From positions 1 to 54,162 of the IMG/VR virus record IMGVR_UViG_3300044655_000258: DNA of 54,162 nt; one strand, written 5' to 3'. Position 1 is the stretch's first letter. Each line of letters begins with the position of its first letter. Source of the stretch: a virus (lineage: Duplodnaviria; Caudoviricetes). Shown piece by piece: positions 1 to 8,400 of the stretch. The position numbers and the translations under genes are program-made. Below the pieces are notes generated by a model that saw only the letters and a list, made by a program, of their open reading frames with translations, searched no databases and was not told where the DNA came from.

Positions 1-1
1 T

Positions 2-231
2 GCAGCACCTGCAGCACCTGCAGCACCTGCAGCACCTGCAGCACCTGTTAAAGCGACAACACCTGCAGCACCTGCAGCACCTGCAGCACCTGTTAAAGCG
101 ACAACACCTGCATCACCTGCAGCACCTGCAGCACCTGCAGCACCTGCAGCACCTGCAGCACCTGTTAAAGCGACAACACCTGCAGCACCTGCAGCACCTG
201 TTAAAGCGACAACACCTGCAGCACCTGCACC
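2..231 (+). repeat. Coding VNTR (GCAGCACCT)n with interspersed GTTAAAGCGACAACACCT units, encoding (AAP)n/VKATTP
   Basis: 9-bp tandem unit visible directly from position 2, in frame with ORF 320..3373. Confidence 0.95.
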
Positions 232-3200
232 GTCTGTCACAACAGCAGCGTCCACACCAGCCACACCCGGTGCTCCAGCAACACCGGGCGCTACAAGCTA
301 CACAGCTGCACAGACCGCTATGACTCCCGGCATGACTGTGGCGACACCTACTACAGGCGCTACAGTTGCTGCCAAGCCTGCACAAGCTACACAAGCCGCT
401 GGTGTAACTACTCCTGCCGCAATCAAATCCACTGCTGCCACTACACAGGCCACACAAGGTGCTGTGACAAAAGCACAGGCCGGACAGCAAGCTGCTACAG
501 GCACTGTCTCTGAAGGTGCTCTTGCTGAAGCAGCACAAGGTACTGTTTCTAAGGGTGCCGTTGCTACAGCGCCTACAGCACCCGATGCAGCAGAAGTGGC
601 TGCACCAACAGACCTGCAAGCAACACAAGCTCAAATGGCTAAGGCTGCTACAGCTGCTGATGTCGGTGGTCCTGCTGAAGCTGAAGCACAAGTAACGGAT
701 AAAAAATTCATTGCTAAAGCTGCACAGCTTGGTATCACTCCTGAAGCACTTGCCGCTGTAGGTTACACACTCGACGCTGCCAATGCCGCTGAGATTGAGC
801 AAATCATTGTTGAGGAAGCTGCTAAAGCTGGTGAAGCTGAGCAAGCTGTAGCTGCACAGGCTGGTCCTGCTGAAGAGATTAAGGCTGCTACGTTCACAGG
901 TGCAACACCACAAGCTGTTGCTGCCACTCAATACACACTGGAGGCTACCAAGTCTGCTGAAGCCACTAACACAGCGGTGCAAGCTGCCGCTAAAGCTGGT
1001 GTCATTCCTCAAGCCATTGCTGCACAAACTGCAGCACAGTCCACTGCCATTGCTCAACAACGCACAGCAACACAACAAGAGTTGGTTGATGTAGCTCGTC
1101 AGAACCTGCAGCTTACAGAGCCTGTACAGGCCGTTGCTGCGACAATGGAGAAGCTCAACAGCGCTGCTGTTGCTGCTGCTCAACAAGGTAGCTTCAGTCA
1201 AGCTCTGGCTACAGCACAGACTGGTTCTGTTGAAGCTGCTGCCACTGTTGCTGGTCAGATGGAAAAGCTGATGCAGCAGTTCAATGACGGTACACCTGCA
1301 TGGGCTGCTGGTGCTTTGCGTCAAGCTAACGCTGCTATGGCCTCTCGTGGATTGGGTGCTAGTAGTATGGCTGGTGCTGCCATTGTGCAGGCTGCTATGG
1401 AAGCTGCTGTACCTATTGCTGCTGCTGACGCTCAGACGTTTGCACAGATGGGTTTGACCAACCTGAACAATCGTCAGCAAGTTTCGTTGGCTAACGCTGC
1501 AGCTATGCAGAACCTTGAGTTGGCAAACCTCAGTGCTCGTCAACAAACTGCATTGCAGAACAGCGCTAATGCTTTCACCTTGCAGGGTCAGAACCTCTCT
1601 AACCAACAAGCTGTTGTGCTTGCTAACGCTCAGCTTAAAGCTGCTATGCAAGAGAAGAACTTGGATGTTAAGACACAGGTTGCTTTGACCAATGCTGCTC
1701 GTTACGCTGAAGTGAACAACATCAACTTGAGCAATGCTCAGCAAGCAGCCATGCAGCGCTCTGCTGAAACTGTACAGATCAACCTTGCTAACCTGTCTAA
1801 CACTCAGCAAACTGCGTTGTCCAACTTGCAAGTGAGAGCAGCCATCACTGGTCAAGAACTGAGCAATGAACAGCAAGTGGCAATGCTTCGTAGCACACAA
1901 GCTTTTGAAGCTATGCAGCAAACTGCTACCAACAAACAGCAAGCGTTCATGCAGGACGCACAAGCTGCTGCTGCTCTCAAAGGGCAGGTGTTGTCTAACC
2001 AACAGCAGACTCAGTTGTTCAACGTTGCCTCTGTCTTGGAAGAGCGTAAGATCAACCTGAACAATGAGCAGCAAACATTGTTGACCAATAGCGCCAACAA
2101 GATGCAGATTGACATTGCAAACTTGTCGTCTGCACAACAAACAGCATTGGCTAACCTGCAAGTTAGGGCTGCTCTGCAAGGTCAAGAGCTTACTAACGAA
2201 CAACAAATGGCAGTGCTGCAAAGCACACAGAACTTTGAAGCTGCACGGATTGATGCCACTGCTCAACAACAGTCATTCATCTCCACCTTCACTGCTGACG
2301 CTGCCCTCAAAGGACAGGTGTTATCCAACCAACAGCAAACTGCTTTGTTCAATGTCTCGTCTGCTTTGCAAGAACGTGGGTTGCAGTTCAATGCTGAACA
2401 ACAAACAAACCTGTTCAACACTACAACAGCGTTGCAGCTTGAGACAACTAACTTGTCTAACAAGCAACAAACTGCTTTGGCGAATGCACAGATTGAAGCA
2501 GCTTTGAAGGGTCAAGAGCTTAGCAACAAACAGCAAGTGAACATCACCAATGCTGCACGTGTTGCTGAAGTGGCTAACATCAACTTCACAGCAGATCAGC
2601 AGAACGCTCTTGCTAACGCACAGTTTATTCAGCAGATCAACTTGGCAGATCTGAGCAACGAGCAAGCTACAACGCTGGCTAACGCTGCTACGTTTGCTTC
2701 GATGGACATGGCAAACTTGAATGCTCGTCAGCAAACTGCTGTGCAGAATGCTCAGGCTTTCTTGGCAACAGACATGAAGAACTTGGACAACAAACAGCAG
2801 ATGGCTGTATTGAAGAGTCAGCAAGTGGCACAGTCTATCTTGTCTGATGCTGCTGCTGCCAACGCTGCTTCGTTGACCAATGCTACTAACGCTAACGAAA
2901 TTGCAAAGGTCAATGCTACATTGGCTTTGACAGCTAGTCAGTTCAATGCTTCTGAGAAGAACAAGATTGGTTTGGCTAACATGGACGCTGCTAACGAACT
3001 CATCAAGTTCAACGCACAAGAAGCCAATGATCGTGCTGAGTTTAATTCACGCATGTCTGCTGAGATTAACGTAGCCAATGCTAAAATCTTGGCTGATGTT
3101 TCTACAGCTAACACTGCTGCAACCAACGCTGCCAATGCTGTGAATGCAAAGAACGCTACAGACTTGTCTGCTGCAGCATACGCTCAACAGAGTCAGACCT

Positions 3201-3373
3201 ATCGTGACTTGTTGTCGTATTCTTGGAAGACAGGCGAGAGTGCTAAAGATCGCATATCTAACTTGGCTATTGCTTCTATTCAGAAGGATGTAGCTAACAT
3301 TAAAGCTGATGCTGATTCTAGCTCAGCGTTAGGTGAAAACTTGGTCAAGCTCGGTATTGCTATTTGGGGATAA
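2..3373 (+). CDS. Internal virion/ejection protein, Ala/Gln/Asn-rich with repeats (5' partial)
   Basis: Frame is open from position 2 through the VNTR into ORF 320..3373; NLSNxQQxALxN repeats; located in the internal virion gene block. Confidence 0.75.
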   Translation, partial: AAPAAPAAPAAPAAPVKATTPAAPAAPAAPVKATTPASPAAPAAPAAPAAPAAPVKATTPAAPAAPVKATTPAAPAPSVTTAASTPATPGAPATPGATSYTAAQTAMTPGMTVATPTTGATVAAKPAQATQAAGVTTPAAIKSTAATTQATQGAVTKAQAGQQAATGTVSEGALAEAAQGTVSKGAVATAPTAPDAAEVAAPTDLQATQAQMAKAATAADVGGPAEAEAQVTDKKFIAKAAQLGITPEALAAVGYTLDAANAAEIEQIIVEEAAKAGEAEQAVAAQAGPAEEIKAATFTGATPQAVAATQYTLEATKSAEATNTAVQAAAKAGVIPQAIAAQTAAQSTAIAQQRTATQQELVDVARQNLQLTEPVQAVAATMEKLNSAAVAAAQQGSFSQALATAQTGSVEAAATVAGQMEKLMQQFNDGTPAWAAGALRQANAAMASRGLGASSMAGAAIVQAAMEAAVPIAAADAQTFAQMGLTNLNNRQQVSLANAAAMQNLELANLSARQQTALQNSANAFTLQGQNLSNQQAVVLANAQLKAAMQEKNLDVKTQVALTNAARYAEVNNINLSNAQQAAMQRSAETVQINLANLSNTQQTALSNLQVRAAITGQELSNEQQVAMLRSTQAFEAMQQTATNKQQAFMQDAQAAAALKGQVLSNQQQTQLFNVASVLEERKINLNNEQQTLLTNSANKMQIDIANLSSAQQTALANLQVRAALQGQELTNEQQMAVLQSTQNFEAARIDATAQQQSFISTFTADAALKGQVLSNQQQTALFNVSSALQERGLQFNAEQQTNLFNTTTALQLETTNLSNKQQTALANAQIEAALKGQELSNKQQVNITNAARVAEVANINFTADQQNALANAQFIQQINLADLSNEQATTLANAATFASMDMANLNARQQTAVQNAQAFLATDMKNLDNKQQMAVLKSQQVAQSILSDAAAANAASLTNATNANEIAKVNATLALTASQFNASEKNKIGLANMDAANELIKFNAQEANDRAEFNSRMSAEINVANAKILADVSTANTAATNAANAVNAKNATDLSAAAYAQQSQTYRDLLSYSWKTGESAKDRISNLAIASIQKDVANIKADADSSSALGENLVKLGIAIWG

Positions 3374-3376
3374 CTA

Positions 3377-3583
3377 ATGAAGCATATTAAAACTTACATG
3401 AACAAAATTGAAGCATTGATTGCTTCAAAGAATAAGTCAACATTGAAAACAAAAGAGTCTAAGGGATTGTTGGCACCTTCCAAAGCTTTACCATCCAAAG
3501 AACAACCGAAGACAGACATTGATGTCGTTGCTAATTTTGTTAATAGCATTCGTCAAGCACGAGAGGAAATGAAGAATGGCTAA
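3377..3583 (+). CDS. Hypothetical late protein
   Basis: 68-aa ORF tightly packed between neighbouring genes. Confidence 0.65.
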   Translation: MKHIKTYMNKIEALIASKNKSTLKTKESKGLLAPSKALPSKEQPKTDIDVVANFVNSIRQAREEMKNG

Positions 3584-4073
3584 TTTAAACACAGTTGATT
3601 TTATCAAACCAGTACCTCCCGGCATATCGTTGACGGATACTCCTCGTGGAACACCTTGGAATACACCACCTAAGCTTGTTAAAGTGAGTGATGTTGCTCA
3701 GAAATATATTGACGGATTGTCATCTCCTGAGATGCTTAATAGCACACTAGATGCTATTGAAACCGGAGTACCTCTGGCTGCACTGGCTAACGCCATGATG
3801 CTGACTGGTGTTGCTAGTAACGGTCACACCATTGATGCTGGTATCTTGGTTACCCCTGTCATCATTGAAATGCTGGTGACATTGGCTGAAATGCATGGTG
3901 TTGAATACACAGTGTTTCCTAAAGACCCAGAAGAAGATATTGTTCCTGCACGAGTGATCAAGAACGCTATGAAGAAAGCAGGAGAACCTGTATCTGAAGA
4001 AGAAGAGATTGCTCCAGCTGTAGAGCTTTCTGGTTTGATGGTACGTAAGCCTAACAAGATGGAGAATATGTAA
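3576..4073 (+). CDS. Conserved late/virion-associated hypothetical protein
   Basis: 165 aa, PVPPGISLTDTPRGTPWNTPP motif, C-terminal GLMVRK; overlaps neighbours. Confidence 0.75.
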   Translation: MANLNTVDFIKPVPPGISLTDTPRGTPWNTPPKLVKVSDVAQKYIDGLSSPEMLNSTLDAIETGVPLAALANAMMLTGVASNGHTIDAGILVTPVIIEMLVTLAEMHGVEYTVFPKDPEEDIVPARVIKNAMKKAGEPVSEEEEIAPAVELSGLMVRKPNKMENM

Positions 4074-5431
4074 TGGGTTTCAGACTTAGTTCATTCTTAG
4101 CTGGTGCTTCTAAAGGTGTAGCTGGTGTTCTTGAAGAAGACGAAGCCACCGCAGCTAAAAGCGCAACATTCGGTGTTAAAGCACTGAAGGAAAACTATGA
4201 CAAGGTTCAGGCTGAAAATCGTAAGCTTGAAACTGAAGTGTCAGAAAACATCAAGACATTGCGTACATTTGACAACACAGCTACAGAGGCTGAGTTGTTC
4301 GCTGCTGCTACAAACAAAGCCTATATGACGATGGCTGTTGAGGCGGCTAAGAGTAATCCTGCAAACTTTAAAGTTGGTGATGTTGTTAAGATTAAAGAAG
4401 ACAATCCATCTACATTGACAGCGATGGAGATGTTGAAGAAGTATACGGAACTTCCTACTGTAGCTAAAGAAGCACAACAAGCTAAAGAAAGTTCTGGCAA
4501 TATCATCACTGATCTGCGTAGTAAAGTTTCAGGTCGTGCAGCCAGTAAAGCAGAAGAGCAAACAGCAAAGGCTATGGGTGTTTCCATTGAGAAGCTTCGT
4601 GCTGCTGGTGAGTTTAGACGTACTGAAATTGATACTGGTGCTGAGTTTGATTTCACATCTATGCAGAAGCCTAAGACGTTCGACCAACAAGAGAATGATG
4701 CTAAGGTGAATCTGCTTAATGCTCAACGTGCTAATGATCCAACCAAAGTGAAAGAGGCTCAGGCAGATCTGTTGATTGTTAAAAGCATTAAACAGTCACT
4801 CACATCAGAGCAAACACAGTTCTCCGACAAGGTTGCTGACATCAAGAACCGTTATATGTTCGGTACACCTGAAGAGCGTAAAGCTGCTAAGCCTGAATAC
4901 GACAAGCTCATGGCTGACATTCGTGCTGAAGCATTGGCTAAGAAGGTTACTAAGGACGGTGAAGGCGAAGGTAAGATTCCTGCATTGGGTACATTGAATA
5001 CCTTCACATCTGCTGCTGTCGTTAGAGCCGTTGCTGCTAAGCATGGTGACCTGATCAAGACTAAGCAGCTTGCCATTGTTGAGAAGGCTGACGGTAGTGT
5101 TGGTATTGACTACATTGGTGACAGCGATACACTTCGCCGTCAAATCTTGGAGACACAGGCCACTGCAGCTAAGAACGCTTTGTCGCTCTACACAGACGCT
5201 AAAGGTCAACCGTTCAACCGTGATGTTGCATCGGTGCTGAACTCGTTCACTTCTGTTGTTCCTTCTGTTATGCGAGACGGTAACGCTCCTGCAACACCTG
5301 CTGCTGGACCACAACCTGCTGCGAAACCTGCAGCAACCACGCCTGCTCCTAAGACCAAAGCAGAGTATGATGCTATACCAAAGGGTACACAGTACATCGA
5401 TACAGATGGTAAGACAAAGATCAAAGGATAA
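4073..5431 (+). CDS. Internal virion/ejection protein
   Basis: 452 aa helical protein; N-terminal FLAGASKG and C-terminal EYDAIPKGTQYIDTDG, a tail motif I associate with podovirus ejection proteins. Confidence 0.7.
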   Translation: MGFRLSSFLAGASKGVAGVLEEDEATAAKSATFGVKALKENYDKVQAENRKLETEVSENIKTLRTFDNTATEAELFAAATNKAYMTMAVEAAKSNPANFKVGDVVKIKEDNPSTLTAMEMLKKYTELPTVAKEAQQAKESSGNIITDLRSKVSGRAASKAEEQTAKAMGVSIEKLRAAGEFRRTEIDTGAEFDFTSMQKPKTFDQQENDAKVNLLNAQRANDPTKVKEAQADLLIVKSIKQSLTSEQTQFSDKVADIKNRYMFGTPEERKAAKPEYDKLMADIRAEALAKKVTKDGEGEGKIPALGTLNTFTSAAVVRAVAAKHGDLIKTKQLAIVEKADGSVGIDYIGDSDTLRRQILETQATAAKNALSLYTDAKGQPFNRDVASVLNSFTSVVPSVMRDGNAPATPAAGPQPAAKPAATTPAPKTKAEYDAIPKGTQYIDTDGKTKIKG

Positions 5432-5434
5432 GTA

Positions 5435-8400
5435 ATGGCGTTTGGTATTAACGACGAAGAAGTTTCTACTGGCTTCGGAGCCAATGATCAAGTTGTTGGT
5501 GGTTTCGGAACAAACGATGTTGTTGTTTCTAAGCCATCTATGGCTGCACCAAAACCAACACCGCAACAGATCGAACGCATGGCTGCAAAGCCTGAAGTCG
5601 ATCTGACTAAGCCTGCCTTTGCTGCTCCACGTCAACGTGCTACAGAGCTACAGAAAGTGCAGGCTGCTGCCGTTGAAGAACGTGCTAAGCCTGAACCACC
5701 TAAGTTTGACTACAAAGAACTCTACACCAATCCTGAGTTGTTCAAGATTGTTCAAGACTACAACAAAGTGGCAACAGGTACAGAGTACAAAGAAGGCCAA
5801 GACAAAGAACAGTTTGTTGCTGGCTTCATGTCTAACCTGCGTGGTCAAGAATGGAACACCTTCTCTAACATTGCTGCCCTTAACAAGCTGAAGAACTCTC
5901 CAATGTCTGACAGAGAGAAGCTTGCTGCTGGTACACGTTTGTTTGATCAGGTTAAGAGCGCCACAGAAGAAGGCGGTCAACCCGGCATGACACCATACGT
6001 TGACATTGCTAAGTCTGCATTGACTGACTTGACCAACTACATTGGTTTCGGTGTTGCCACTGGTTTGAAGAAGGTTGCCGCCAAGCAAGCTACACAAGCT
6101 GCAACAGCTTCGTTGTTGAAAGCTACACCCGCCACCATCACTGCTGCCACTATGGGCACTGAAGCAGTTATTGGTGCTGGTCAAAACATTGTCGAGCAAA
6201 AGAAACAACAAGCTGTGTCTACAGAGTTGGGTCAAACACCTAAAGACTTGGACGCAACACAGATTGGTCTTGCTGCATTGATTGGTTCTGTTGGTGGCTT
6301 CTTTGAAGCTAAGGGCACTATGGCTGTCCCTGCTGGTAAGACTGGCGCTGATCAACTCACTGACATCTTGAAGAAGAAAGCTGCTGCACCTAAAGATCCT
6401 AACGCACCCGTCACTTCTGTTGAGCGTGTGTTGATTGATCCTGTCACACAGAACATGGATCAGGTTGTTGAAGAGTTTATTAAGATTGAAGGTCGTCGTA
6501 TCTTGGACGAGGTCAATCCTGCTACAGCTTTGACAGATGCAAAGATTCAAAAGGATATGTCTGCTCGTGCTGTTCGTGTAGCGATGCACGTCATTGAACA
6601 AGACCCTACATTCCGTTTGAAGCCGGGTCAGCAAACTAGCTCTGCCATCAATGAAGTGTTCTCCAATCTGGACAATGTCAACGATGCTGTGCTGGAACAG
6701 GCTATTCGCAAAGAAGGACTGACACCAGACGACTTCGCTAAAGCAAACAAGATGACTGTGTCAGAGGCTGCTCAGGTGATGCAGCAATACTCTGCAGCAT
6801 CGAAGGTGCTCAAGCGCATGACAGAGATTGACCCTGCTATCAAGCAACAAGTCGATGAGTTGTTTGCTAAACCAGACAGTCAAGTGTCAGCACTTGGTCG
6901 TGTTGGTCAAGCCATTCGTTTTGCTGAGCGTGAATCTAAGGCGTTCATTGTGTCTGGTATCGGCACCACAGTTCGTAACGTCTTGGGCACCACTGTCGGT
7001 CTGACATACAACTCTGCTGCTTCGCTGGTCGAAGGCGCTCTGTACACTGTTGGTCGTACACTGGACGGTGCAGCTAAAGGTCAACGGCTCACCACAGCTG
7101 TGCGTAGTCTTGGTGACACAATGAGTGATGCATTTAGTGTGTATGGTTACATGGCTAAGGGTGGGTTGTCCACTGAAGTGACAGACACTTTGTTGCAACA
7201 CAACCCTGCACTGCGCAACAACATCTTGAGCGCTACACAGGAAAGCTCCACCACTGAGTTGTCTAAGGCTGCACAGGTATTCAACACCTTGAACGTGGCA
7301 CAGGATGCTTTCTTCCGTAAAGCCATATTCAACGCTTCTGTTGAGAAGCACATGCGCCGTGCTGGTCTGGACATGTATGAAGTGATTGGTCAAGGCAAGA
7401 CCATTCCCGCATCCATCCTGCAACAAGCTACAGACGAAACTCTGAAGGCTACATTCTCGTACACACCAAAGGTTCAGAAGCAAGGTATTCAAACCTTTGA
7501 AGCTGGTGCAGAAGCTGCAGGTAACTTGTTCGTTAAGGCTGCTGAGTTTCCCGGTGGTAGCTTGATTGCTACATTCCCGCGCTTCATGTCTAACGCCATC
7601 GCTTTCCAATATCGCTACAGCGTCTTTGGTGCAGCGTCAGGTATGGAAGACTTGCTACAGGGTTCGTTGTTGAAAGCTGCAGGTTCTTCTGGTGGTGAAG
7701 CTCTCATCCGCAAAGGTCAAGAGAACATTGCCAAAGGTGTTGTTGGTACAGCAGCATTGGCTGCAGCGTATGACTATCGTCTGAACAACCAAGACACTGA
7801 GTGGTTTAACATTAAGAACGATGATGGCTCCACTGTCGATACTCGTTCGGTGTTCCCTTTGGGTCCAACACTGGCTGTTGCCGACTTCATGGCTAAACGT
7901 AAGATGGGATTGGAGCCAAAGACTGCTGAGATGGTTGAGTCCATCGTTGGTATGAAGATGCCTGCTGGTACACAGAACCAATTCCTTGATCAAGTGTTTG
8001 CTGCTATGTCGTCTGAGAAAGAAGCAGACAAGATGGAAGTTGCACTCGGTAAAGTGGTGGGTGATTTCGTTGCTCGTTTCTCACAACCGTTTGTGTTCAA
8101 GAGTGCTTACGAATTCTTTGATTTGTTCCGTGAAGAAGGTGCCATTCAGCGTGACCCTAACGTCATCACTGCTGAAGATAGTGGTGATCGATTCTTGGAA
8201 GCTGCTGCCAATCGTGTACAGGGTAAGCTTCCTGTACTCAAAGAGTCTTTACCAGAAGCTGTTCCACGTTTGCGTGAAGGCCCAGTGTACAAGGAAGGTG
8301 AATTCTTCTACAGCTTGGTCGGTGTACGTGAAGCACCACCAAAGACTGTTGCTGAGAAAGAGATTGTTCGCCTCGGTATTGATCCATTCAAACTGTATGG

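Noticed and set aside
2-231. Possible CRISPR array
   Set aside because: Tandem 9-bp units with identical interruptions, no unique spacers, and in frame within a CDS.
113-2269. 718-aa minus-strand ORF
   Set aside because: Antisense shadow of the codon-biased, repetitive plus-strand gene; Cys/Ser/Leu-rich with no motifs or RBS.
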